DNA of 64,000 nt, from the NCBI GenBank assembly GCA_965279525.1, contig CBDIIB010000005.1, forward strand, positions 1,152,001 to 1,216,000. Direction: 5' to 3'. Both the position numbers and the translations under genes were made by a program. The DNA comes from Tagaea sp. (GTDB lineage: Bacteria; Pseudomonadota; Alphaproteobacteria; CACIAM-22H2). Below the pieces are notes generated by a model that was not told the origin of the DNA, searched no databases, and saw nothing but the letters and a program-made list of their open reading frames with translations. Numbering within the stretch: the stretch's first letter is position 1; each line of letters opens with the position of its first letter. Positions 42,223 to 50,920 of this stretch are shown here, piece by piece.

Positions 42223-42447
42223 TTAATGCCGCCAGATTTGATTGAACTCCTGATCAAACCAAAGCTCGATGTCAAACACCGGTGACAAGGTGCTGCGGAA
42301 TGCTAGACAATCTGGATGATGCGTCTTCAGCCAAGATAGAAAATCCGAAAATCTAAGATCCTCGGTTTTGTGGGCATCAAGATCGGCATCCTTTCGCCAG
42401 ACGTGGCAAAGGCTTTTGACAAGGCTTTTGGCTTCGGATTTTTTCAC
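42223..42447 (-). CDS. small hypothetical protein (74 aa) downstream of CD-NTase
   Basis: GTG 20 bp after the CD-NTase stop; globular-looking KKSEAK...LCH.W...FS.F.SWL...L.FRS......ELWFDQEF.Q.WR. Confidence 0.6.
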   Translation of the reverse strand: MKKSEAKSLVKSLCHVWRKDADLDAHKTEDLRFSDFLSWLKTHHPDCLAFRSTLSPVFDIELWFDQEFNQIWRH

Positions 42448-42467
42448 CCGGACTCCAAGGCAAATAT

Positions 42468-43877
42468 CTACCTTTTTGCGCGTATGATGCTGCGCCACCT
42501 GTTTTGAACAGCATTCCTGAGTGGCATAGAAACTCCGATGATTTGGACCGGAACACGGCGAAGCCCAATTAAAAATCCGTCCTTTCTGACCAGGCAGTCC
42601 ATATGGTGCGTTCCCTTGTAAGCCGTAGTGTCAGTAGTGACGATCCCCGGCTTATTTTCGTGGCCAAGATCGTTCTTGAGTTCGGCTTCAAGACCTTCGT
42701 TACGAACAATCCAGCTAACGGTACTGCCGGACGGTAACGCTCCCGAATTCAATAGTCGGAAGGTCAAAGTGCAATTCTTTGGAACGGAAACAATCCCGTT
42801 CACTCCTCGAATTCTTGGGCCTGCAGCATTATTACGAGGCGTCGCGATAACTTCAACCTCCGGTTTAAAAATCACCGCAGGTAGACCGGATTGCACGGAA
42901 ACCGGCACCCCCTTGGAGTCGATCTCGACAACCTCGGGAAATGGAAAGTGATGCGAAAAGACTTCCTGCCAGGCATCAGCAGCCTGCAATTCCGAACTGT
43001 GCCCTAGGGCTTGTTCCGCCAGGATTTCGAGCTTCGACAACTCGCCAACCAAGTCCTCCGTTTTGTCCACTCCCAGCCTGTTGAGGTCTTCGGCGGTATT
43101 TACCGGGTTTCTGACAGCGGGACTTCTGCTCAATTGCTCGGCAATTTCAGCGACGATATGTCGGAACGCATCGTCATCCTGCTCGAGACATTTGATGTCG
43201 GTTCTGGCGACAATCTGGGAGATCAGGACCGTGATCATGATCGAGGATGGCCTGACATCTTCGGCCAAACGGAGCGTCGCCCAGAGCTTGAGATATTTGA
43301 TGTGCCGACGAGCAATAGCGCGTTTTTCCGGCGCAAGGGTCTTCTTATACCAACGATAGACCGCCTTGGGATCGCTATCTTCCCAACCCTCAACTCCCGC
43401 CAGCATTACTGACAGGTCACTCTCGTAGCGAACGTAAACGGGAACGTCGATGTGGAAGTGGTTCTTATAGCGGATGCGAATGCATCTAGGCTTCACCTCG
43501 GCGTCACCAGGGATTTCATCCGGTATCGATTTGGCGAATCTTGTAATGCTTTTTCGCACCTCTTCCTTGAAATAAGCGTGATCCTTCAAACTTGCTTCAG
43601 CGCCCTTCTTGCAGATGAAGTAGAAGCCGAGATCGATGTCGAATTCTCCACTCATCCGAAGCGGTCGAATCTGAGTACGGAACTTGTAAGAACCCTGTAG
43701 CCAACTGTCAGTTTCATGCCCGGTTTGCCGGCTTAAATCGTCGACGAGAAACTCAGCAAGGTCGTTCCACCGCTCCATCTGTTCATCGAGCTGCTCTTGC
43801 GAGAGGGTGCATCGCCGATAAAGCGTCTGCTTCTCGGCATCGTTCGCGTCGTAGAACAGCCTGGAAGAGATGCCCAT
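42468..43877 (-). CDS. cGAS/DncV-like nucleotidyltransferase (CD-NTase/SMODS) with C-terminal AGS-C domain
   Basis: WLQGSY...EFDIDLG, FHIDVPVY, WEDSDPK, YLKLW; C-terminal VPKNC.L.F...W.VRNEG.EA....DLGH....TAYKG.H.MDC. Confidence 0.9.
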   Translation of the reverse strand: MGISSRLFYDANDAEKQTLYRRCTLSQEQLDEQMERWNDLAEFLVDDLSRQTGHETDSWLQGSYKFRTQIRPLRMSGEFDIDLGFYFICKKGAEASLKDHAYFKEEVRKSITRFAKSIPDEIPGDAEVKPRCIRIRYKNHFHIDVPVYVRYESDLSVMLAGVEGWEDSDPKAVYRWYKKTLAPEKRAIARRHIKYLKLWATLRLAEDVRPSSIMITVLISQIVARTDIKCLEQDDDAFRHIVAEIAEQLSRSPAVRNPVNTAEDLNRLGVDKTEDLVGELSKLEILAEQALGHSSELQAADAWQEVFSHHFPFPEVVEIDSKGVPVSVQSGLPAVIFKPEVEVIATPRNNAAGPRIRGVNGIVSVPKNCTLTFRLLNSGALPSGSTVSWIVRNEGLEAELKNDLGHENKPGIVTTDTTAYKGTHHMDCLVRKDGFLIGLRRVPVQIIGVSMPLRNAVQNRWRSIIRAKR

Positions 43878-43915
43878 AACTGCGACCTTTCAGATCGAGT
43901 ATTCCGAAATCTTGT

Positions 43916-44578
43916 CTACTTCCAGAATGCCCATTTCGGATGCTTGGATTTCAGTATGGCATCGAGCTTTCCGCCACGTCTTTGGTCCGTGAAATATTCG
44001 CCACGAAGGAGCTCGTAGGCTGGCGAAACGATCTCTAATGCAGCCGCTCCCCGGTAGTTGTGGCCGGGATTCAGAACGCCCGGATTACGCTCATTGTTAT
44101 AAATGTAGTAGATGCGCCTCTGATCGTTTCCGACCTCGCGACGAGGCGAGACGAAGATCGTTTCAGAGATGGATTCTTCGGTTTTCAGAACAATCTTGAT
44201 ACTCAGCAAATTATGATTGATCGTCATATCGCAGTAGCGGGTCTCTTCGAATTGATTCGCTGATCCATTGGTTTGATTGGAATCTATCGCCCGACCATTT
44301 CCTGGCGGGATGCTGCGAACAAAGCGCAACTTGCCGGTCCAAATGCCTCCTATATACGGGAAGTAGGCCGCCTGAATACGTGGGCTCGTTTTCCAGACAT
44401 GGTGGGCGGCTATTCCAATGGCTACGAATGTCGCCACCGAGGCATAATAGAGCACGTAAAATGACACGTGCACGTTTGAATAGAATAGACTCAAGCCCTC
44501 GCTGATCGCATAAGATACAATCAGCGGAACACCGACGATCAGGTACACGGCAACACGAATAGGGAACAAATAAATCAT
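43916..44578 (-). CDS. Cap15-like SMODS-associated 2TM beta-barrel (S-2TMbeta) effector
   Basis: Two N-terminal TM helices, then P.I.G.W.G.L, I.....I.I.L.T..S.S, IYYIY.NE, H.Y.G...L, L.GEYFTD; directly upstream of CD-NTase. Confidence 0.85.
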   Translation of the reverse strand: MIYLFPIRVAVYLIVGVPLIVSYAISEGLSLFYSNVHVSFYVLYYASVATFVAIGIAAHHVWKTSPRIQAAYFPYIGGIWTGKLRFVRSIPPGNGRAIDSNQTNGSANQFEETRYCDMTINHNLLSIKIVLKTEESISETIFVSPRREVGNDQRRIYYIYNNERNPGVLNPGHNYRGAAALEIVSPAYELLRGEYFTDQRRGGKLDAILKSKHPKWAFWK

Positions 44579-44617
44579 CGATCAGCCGCTAGACCTGTCG
44601 TTGAAAGGCATGAGAGC

Positions 44618-45061
44618 ATGGATCACGTCGACGGTATCTTTGTATCTTTGGCGAGAAATAAATCAAGCCAAATACCAATAATTGCATGCCTCTATACCGG
44701 CACCCAACTCCCGACAAGTTGCGAGCCGATGCTTAGGTCGCCGCCCCCTGCCGTAGGCGCCGAGCTTGACAACGCATTTCTTGAAAACTTTGAGGCCGCC
44801 ATCAGTAGAAATCCGTCGATTCATGATGGAGCGATCATGATCGGCCGGAGATCGGCGCGGGATAAGTACGCCATTCGTGGATGGTCCTACCGGCTATTCC
44901 CGCCTCCACTCCAATCGAAGGCGACCCCAAATCGGGGATCGGCATTCAATAGTTGCCTGGCGATGTCAGCAGTCCGCCGTGTCGACAGGATTTTTCTTCT
45001 CTCGAAAGGAGGATTAATCAAATTCGCTTCCGGGAAGTATAAAATTATATCAAATGGATAG
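44618..45061 (+). CDS. DisA_N / diadenylate cyclase-like protein, divergent active site
   Basis: NPSIHDGAIMI (cf. SPLHDGAVII), then I.....LFP...RGSAFNSCLAMS...D.IFLLS..G...F..G, following DAC topology but RHR replaced. Confidence 0.7.
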   Translation: MDHVDGIFVSLARNKSSQIPIIACLYTGTQLPTSCEPMLRSPPPAVGAELDNAFLENFEAAISRNPSIHDGAIMIGRRSARDKYAIRGWSYRLFPPPLQSKATPNRGSAFNSCLAMSAVRRVDRIFLLSKGGLIKFASGKYKIISNG

Positions 45062-45122
45062 TTAATTTCTGTTTTGTCCTTAGAGTTGAGCCGAAATTTC
45101 CTGATCCCAGAATCAAATCGAC

Positions 45123-46313
45123 TTAGCTTTTCATAGTTCTTCGGCTTACCTCGGACGACTGACCTAGATCGGTGGCGACTTTGATCAGTGCAGAAGATTT
45201 CGCTTCTGGTCGCATCGATTTGAAGATGACCCTGCCGCGTGAACGTCCCGGTGTAGATGCCGTATTTTGGTTATGTATAACCGCGGCTTGCATCGATATC
45301 CTGTTCCTCGTTCTGCTGGACAGATAAGCAGTGCCGTCGAGGTAAACGCGGGCGACGTGCTCGTACTCTCCGGGCAAATCCTTGCCGTCACGAAGTGCCC
45401 AGCTCTTCCAGAATCCTGCCTTTACACAAGCATCAATGAAGCGCCCTGGCCAATCGAGTAGGAGCGGTGCACACATTTCAGCAAGACGGATGCGATTCTC
45501 GACGTCGAGGGACTCGGCCTCAAGGGCGCCTGTTTGAAACTTCAATGGCGTTGGATCGGTTCCATAGACCGATGAAAGGGTATTTCTGAGAGATTGCGAT
45601 CTGGAACCGGTCGATACGACCCGAAGAATCTGGGAATAGACGGACAGCAAATCGACGGATCTGAAGCGAGATATGTTCGAAAACTGGGCGTGACTATTGG
45701 AGATCGCCGATTCGAGGTACGCTTGGAGATCGAGAACGACCGGCGAAACCGTCGGCGACCTCTGACGATCCAGTCGCCCCCCGCATGCGTGACACTGAAT
45801 GATCGAAGTCTTCAGTGGGTCGCCTCGATGGAATTCGACGGGATGTCCGCACGACTGGCACCTGTCGAGCATCGCGCGGCGATGGATCGTACAGGCGACC
45901 GTGAAGGCAAGCCGCCAGTTGAGGCGATAGTAGGGATCAGAATCGCTTGCCAGGCAGTGAGGGCAGAACTGTTGCCCATATCGCCTCCGGCTGCGATGGA
46001 AGACCCCGAGCCTGAGAAGATGCTTCGTCTTCCCGTTCGGGACGTGTTGATCAAAAACGCGGCCCGCGAGAGAGGAGATCGTCGTACCGTGCGCCGTGGC
46101 CGGCGAAACCCGATTTGCTTCGGCAAGCCTCTTCCAGATGATCGGGTTCGACAATCCGTCGATGTCGCGGTTCCAGATTGCGACGCCGCGCCACATGATC
46201 AATCCGAACGAATACGGCCTGAGGGCAAACCGATGCGAAATCCTGACCAACCATGAGGTGAGGGATTCGCCCTTCTCGGGAAGGGTTCGGTACTGGAATT
46301 CTCCACTATGCAC
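45123..46313 (-). CDS. tniQ: TniQ-family target selector
   Basis: P..GESLTSWL.R, QFCPHCL...YYRL.WRL....C..H...MLDRC..CG, C..CG. Confidence 0.93.
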   Translation of the reverse strand: MHSGEFQYRTLPEKGESLTSWLVRISHRFALRPYSFGLIMWRGVAIWNRDIDGLSNPIIWKRLAEANRVSPATAHGTTISSLAGRVFDQHVPNGKTKHLLRLGVFHRSRRRYGQQFCPHCLASDSDPYYRLNWRLAFTVACTIHRRAMLDRCQSCGHPVEFHRGDPLKTSIIQCHACGGRLDRQRSPTVSPVVLDLQAYLESAISNSHAQFSNISRFRSVDLLSVYSQILRVVSTGSRSQSLRNTLSSVYGTDPTPLKFQTGALEAESLDVENRIRLAEMCAPLLLDWPGRFIDACVKAGFWKSWALRDGKDLPGEYEHVARVYLDGTAYLSSRTRNRISMQAAVIHNQNTASTPGRSRGRVIFKSMRPEAKSSALIKVATDLGQSSEVSRRTMKS

Positions 46314-46402
46314 GATCGCAACTCGGGCGAGGATGACGTCGGAACGTTAGTCAATACCGACAATCATCTAGGGCTGGATCGATCATTTCAATATTTGATG
46401 CC

Positions 46403-46424
46403 GATGCCTGATCGATCGGGCATC
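46403..46424. repeat. 22-bp near-perfect palindrome between cap3 and tniQ
   Basis: GATGCCTGATC/GATCGGGCATC (one mismatch). Confidence 0.5.
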
Positions 46425-46454
46425 TATGGATATAACTTCAATTTCACAGGACCA

Positions 46455-46928
46455 CTAGATCTGCTCGATACGGGTGATCCGGTCGGGTGTCCCAAGCCAA
46501 AACCGCGTCCGCCGCGTTCCACAGATGGAGAAGAAGAGAGGGAGTGGACCGTGCTTCTTGATCGCCGTCTGCCAGGTAGACAAGTCGATCATTGACGGAA
46601 CTGGGTCAGCTTCAGGATGCGTGTGCCATTCGCCGACAAATGTCTCTTTCTGGCCGCTCTTGATCCATCTTCTGTCGGACAGATCAGCATGTGCCTTATC
46701 TTTCCGTTCGAACGAATATCGACGGCGAACGTCGCGCGACATCGGTTCCGTGCAATCGACAATTTCAAGATTTCGCGCGCGATAGGATCCCACGAATATT
46801 CCGCCAGCCTCGAGTTCGGCTTCAGCCGATCGCTGGTAACGGCGCATGCGAGTGATGATCCTGTGCGGAACCAACACGATCGGACCGTAATCGGCTCTCA
46901 GGGCAATCAACTCCGACATGCAGGGCAA
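46455..46928 (-). CDS. cap3: CBASS Cap3 JAB/Mov34 isopeptidase
   Basis: EAGGI..G, GEWHTHPE..P.PS.ID JAMM motif; overlaps cap2 end. Confidence 0.92.
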   Translation of the reverse strand: MPCMSELIALRADYGPIVLVPHRIITRMRRYQRSAEAELEAGGIFVGSYRARNLEIVDCTEPMSRDVRRRYSFERKDKAHADLSDRRWIKSGQKETFVGEWHTHPEADPVPSMIDLSTWQTAIKKHGPLPLFFSICGTRRTRFWLGTPDRITRIEQI

Positions 46929-48694
46929 TTTTCGGCCGGCTTCACATTCCTGTCCTCGACAAGAAATGCCCGCGCTTCATCGAACGTCCGCACCCTGAAT
47001 CGATGTCCGATTTTCCGGTTCGCCCACCCCAAGCATATTTCAAGCGCCATTGACGCGGCTTGGGTAGAGCTTGAAACCGGGAACGGGATATATGGCGAGT
47101 CGCCACAGGACCGGTTGCGTACGAACTCGTCATTGTTCCTGGCTATTCGATAGCGCGGCGGACTGTTCAGGTCCGGCCTGAGACATTTGAAACAGGCTTG
47201 CTCCCGGCTGTCGCAGAATAGCGCCGCCGCGGCCCCTCCGCCGGCCGTGATCCATACATGCAGAACGGGCGGGAATTTGGGGCGGTTCTTCACGGCGTGT
47301 TCGTTGAGGGAAATGGAGAACGCTTCGGCGCCTGTCGCATCAATCACCAGATCGTAGTTGGAAAGCGAATCGAGCAATTTCAGTGCGTTCTCGGTGATCG
47401 GTCGGATTTTTACATAAGGAACGGTTCGCCGAAGATGATCGGCCAAGGCTATGGCTTTGAACTTCTCCACGTCCTCGATACCGAGGATGTGGCGGCCGAG
47501 ATTTGAGCTGGAAAACTGATCGTGGTCGACGAGCGTCAGCTCGCCTTTTGACCCAATACCGGCACCGCTCACAGCCAGGAATTGGGCAAGGTACCCACCG
47601 ATGGTGCCGCAACCGATAAGAAAGATCTTCTTGTCGGAGAGGTTTTGCATACCATGCAGGTTCCGCCCGAACACGTATTCGGCATCCACGGGATAGCCGG
47701 TGTAACGCCTAACTGGCGCCTTATCAGCATTCCGAGCCATGAAGAGCGGCAGTTGCCCCCGGCGTGATTTGAGGAATTCCGGGGTCTGCATGGATTTTGG
47801 TGACTCGATTCGCGCGAGAAACATGCCGTTCGATGCCTTCAGAGCAATCCACCAGAAATAGCCATCGCCAGACCTACAGATCCGTTGCCATTCCGATTCG
47901 ATGCCCGGGATATAGTCTTTCAGCCAGGTGAGAAGGCTCCCGAGGTTCTCTGGGGGCCAATTCGCATCGCCTACAACGGCGGTGACCACCTTGGCGGTTT
48001 GCAGGATATGGCACATCTCGGGCTTCAGCTTTGTTTGCCGCTTGGTAAGCGCGCCAGGCAGACCGTCCTTGTCGACGAGATACATCTGCATCGACTTCTT
48101 CGATCCTGCCTCGACATCGACCGACACGATAACGGCAGAGTTGCCAATATTCTTGTTGTCGACGTTCGTCAGGATCCGCTCGATAGACCAGTAGGCGGCA
48201 AACTCGGCGGCTACGTCGATATCGAACTTCCCGCCAATTGCTTTTTCCAGCGCTTCTTCGGCTCTCTTCAGGCAATAGAGGATCATTCCACCAGGATTGT
48301 ACCGATCAAGAACCTCACTACCCCTTTCGAGGTAGCAAAATTCCCGATCGCTTCCGAGATGGGGAAGGAGGCCATCGGGAATGCTTGCGCCTTCGGCGAC
48401 ATAGATTGTCGGGTGATTGACGAACTCGAGATCGTCCACCGCACAGAGAATGTCGACGTCTTTACTTGCGCAGCGAAGCTTGCCGGCATAGACCCGCCGG
48501 CCAGTTTGGCTGTTATCCCTCCTGAAACCCCGCTGACGAAATGCGTCGTCGACTAGGCCGAGCCGCGACGATTTATCCGAGATGCGAATTCTCCACCTTG
48601 CGCTGCGGCACCTTGATCGGGGGCGCCGACAAGACCGTCGCCGCGGCAGTTCCGACACCGACAAGGTCCGGCCGGATGGGGAACCGGTCGCCAA
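46907..48694 (-). CDS. cap2: CBASS Cap2 E2-E1 (ThiF) fusion; 5' start uncertain (domain begins near 48580)
   Basis: E2-like LPHL.....FCYL, EF..YW; ThiF IGCGTIGG, D.D.....NLGRH, DATG, C..CL, C..C. Confidence 0.9.
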   Translation of the reverse strand: MATGSPSGRTLSVSELPRRRSCRRPRSRCRSARWRIRISDKSSRLGLVDDAFRQRGFRRDNSQTGRRVYAGKLRCASKDVDILCAVDDLEFVNHPTIYVAEGASIPDGLLPHLGSDREFCYLERGSEVLDRYNPGGMILYCLKRAEEALEKAIGGKFDIDVAAEFAAYWSIERILTNVDNKNIGNSAVIVSVDVEAGSKKSMQMYLVDKDGLPGALTKRQTKLKPEMCHILQTAKVVTAVVGDANWPPENLGSLLTWLKDYIPGIESEWQRICRSGDGYFWWIALKASNGMFLARIESPKSMQTPEFLKSRRGQLPLFMARNADKAPVRRYTGYPVDAEYVFGRNLHGMQNLSDKKIFLIGCGTIGGYLAQFLAVSGAGIGSKGELTLVDHDQFSSSNLGRHILGIEDVEKFKAIALADHLRRTVPYVKIRPITENALKLLDSLSNYDLVIDATGAEAFSISLNEHAVKNRPKFPPVLHVWITAGGGAAAALFCDSREQACFKCLRPDLNSPPRYRIARNNDEFVRNRSCGDSPYIPFPVSSSTQAASMALEICLGWANRKIGHRFRVRTFDEARAFLVEDRNVKPAENCPACRS

Positions 48695-49733
48695 ACAACT
48701 TTCTCATCTCCGAGACAGCATGATTGGCGTCGGCGCTGCTGCGAAGAATCGTGTCGAGACGCTCATGAAGATGAGCCGAGAGTTCGATAACCTTCGCCCT
48801 GGTCTCGGCCGGCAGCTTATCTTCGCGCGCAAGGTCTTCGCTCCGGTCGGCCGGGTTATCCAGCCGGCCCGAATACAGGGCCGACATCTTCGACGCGACA
48901 AGCGCCATAGCCTCGTCATCGCGAGTCGGAACGCGCCAGCGGCCAACTTCGTCGAACGCCCAGTAAACACACGCCATCAATGACAATGAGGAAACCTTGC
49001 TCAGTTCGTCGCGGTGATCACGCCACGCCTTGAGATATCGGCAGACACGACGAACGATCGGTCCATACACGGCCACGAAGTCTTCGAACCACTCATAGAT
49101 CTTGCGTGGGTCCGACGGGATCCAGTTTTCCGTGCGATGCGCCAGCAGCACCTTGTCAGACGGCAGGATCCTGACACCGTCTGCGCCAATCCGCAGGAAA
49201 GGAAACTCGTCCATCGAATCGGTCGTCAGGGCGCGCTGAGAGGCCAGCGCCTTCATCAACCCGAATTCACCGTCGGGAATCGTATAGAGCGGAACGTCGA
49301 TATGGGACGTTTTGTCGAGAACGACTCGGCAGCACGTCGGTTTGTTTCCGACGTATTCCCATCCCTCGTCATCCGCGAGCTTCTGCAAGGCGGCATCAGC
49401 GGCGCGGAAGAAGAGTCTGGACGTCTCGGCCGGCTGCTTGAGCTTAGCGAAGGTCAAGGGAATATAGCAGCCATCGTCGAGATCAATGTGCTGGGGCGGC
49501 ATCCGTTCGCCACGGTTGAGGGTTTCGTAGATGAAACTCCCCTGCGTGTTGAACTTCGGCGAGAATTCAAGATCCGCCTTCCTGATCGCGTCCTTGAAGG
49601 CCTTGGTCAGGAATGCCCTGATCTTGCGGCGTGCATCAAGGAGCTTCCCCCTTTCCTTCGAGGTGATATTGAGCTGCTGGAGCAGATCGTCCTTGTCGGG
49701 GGAGTTGTGTAGGAGTTTGCAAACGTTAGCCAC
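48573..49733 (-). CDS. DncV-like CBASS cyclic dinucleotide synthase (CD-NTase)
   Basis: F.TQGSF.Y.TLN....DLDDG.Y (as in DncV), K.TC.R, HIDVPLY, SDP, RYLKAWRD; C-terminal Gly (…NSHLG) as needed for Cap2 conjugation. Confidence 0.92.
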   Translation of the reverse strand: MANVCKLLHNSPDKDDLLQQLNITSKERGKLLDARRKIRAFLTKAFKDAIRKADLEFSPKFNTQGSFIYETLNRGERMPPQHIDLDDGCYIPLTFAKLKQPAETSRLFFRAADAALQKLADDEGWEYVGNKPTCCRVVLDKTSHIDVPLYTIPDGEFGLMKALASQRALTTDSMDEFPFLRIGADGVRILPSDKVLLAHRTENWIPSDPRKIYEWFEDFVAVYGPIVRRVCRYLKAWRDHRDELSKVSSLSLMACVYWAFDEVGRWRVPTRDDEAMALVASKMSALYSGRLDNPADRSEDLAREDKLPAETRAKVIELSAHLHERLDTILRSSADANHAVSEMRKLFGDRFPIRPDLVGVGTAAATVLSAPPIKVPQRKVENSHLG

Positions 49734-49900
49734 GGCTACCTCGCATCAATTATAAGGTGAATTCATATAAGGCGCCGCTTATGCGGGGTTAGCGACTCGG
49801 CGACTTCGCCCGATTATATCATCCGCAAGAGTGGCAGCAAAAAATTGGAATCAGAGGTATCGTTCAATGGTCTCATCAACTTGAGCGGGCGCAAGGCCAT

Positions 49901-50902
49901 ATGACCTTTCAGATTCTCGCACTTTCCGGCGGCGGGTTCCGGGGGCTCTATACTGCCCACATCCTGGCCGAGCTCGAGAAGGCCGCCGGCAAGCCGCTCG
50001 CCAAGTGCTTTGATCTGCTTGCGGGCACATCGGTTGGAGGAATTCTGGCGCTTGGACTTTCGGCTGAGGTCCCCGCCGCGCAGATGCGAGACATGTTCGG
50101 CGAGCGCGGCAAAGCTATTTTTTCGAATCGGCCTCGCCCCAAAAACTGGCTCCAGATCGCGCTCGACTTCCGCAGGTCGTTTTGCAAGCCGAAGTACGAC
50201 GGGGTTGAACTCCGACGTACGATCGAATCGATGCTCGGAAAGGATACGCTGCTCGGCAATGCTAGGCATCGTGTCATCGTGCCGGCCGTCAACATGACGA
50301 AAGGCGCCATCCAGATATTCAAGACGCCGCATCACAATGCTTTTGTCGTCGATCATGCATTGCACATGACCGATATCGCGATGGCGACATCGGCGGCGCC
50401 TACTTATTTCCCAATGGCCTCCGTCAAGGATTCACTTTTTGTCGACGGCGGGATCTTCGCCAACGCGCCGGATTTCTGCGCCCTGCATGAAGCGCGATAC
50501 TATCTTGAGATCCCGCAAGAAGAGATCAGGATCATCAGCATCGGAACGACGACATCCGGCTATTCGCTGTCGCATACCAAAGGCGCGAACTACGGCGCGT
50601 TCAGATGGTTTTCTGGCGGGAGGCTGATCTCCACGACGATATCGGCCCAGCAACAGCTAACGGATTTCACCCTGAACCATCTGCTGGGTGATAGCTATCT
50701 GCGGCTGGATGAGCCGCAATCGCACGAACAGGCTGAAGATCTGGCACTGGATGTCGCGACGGACGCAGCCAAAAGCACGATTCTTGGCCTCGCCAATGCG
50801 ACCGTCCAGCGATCCATTGGGAGCGCGGCGATCAGGGGGATGTTGAATCATGCTGCCAGACCCCCGCGGTTCTATTTTGGGCCAAACGCATCCGCCGAAT
50901 GA
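49901..50902 (+). CDS. capV: CapV-like patatin phospholipase effector
   Basis: LALSGGGFRG, GTSVGG, FKTPH, ATSAAPTYF, DGG..AN.P; adjacent to CD-NTase. Confidence 0.9.
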   Translation: MTFQILALSGGGFRGLYTAHILAELEKAAGKPLAKCFDLLAGTSVGGILALGLSAEVPAAQMRDMFGERGKAIFSNRPRPKNWLQIALDFRRSFCKPKYDGVELRRTIESMLGKDTLLGNARHRVIVPAVNMTKGAIQIFKTPHHNAFVVDHALHMTDIAMATSAAPTYFPMASVKDSLFVDGGIFANAPDFCALHEARYYLEIPQEEIRIISIGTTTSGYSLSHTKGANYGAFRWFSGGRLISTTISAQQQLTDFTLNHLLGDSYLRLDEPQSHEQAEDLALDVATDAAKSTILGLANATVQRSIGSAAIRGMLNHAARPPRFYFGPNASAE

Positions 50903-50920
50903 CGTTCGGCAAGTTCGTCG

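Noticed and set aside
43916-45061. Calling the 2TM-beta + small cyclase pair canonical Panoptes
   Set aside because: The small protein has an HDGA DAC-type motif, not the GGDD/palm motifs of an mCpol; only an analogy is claimed
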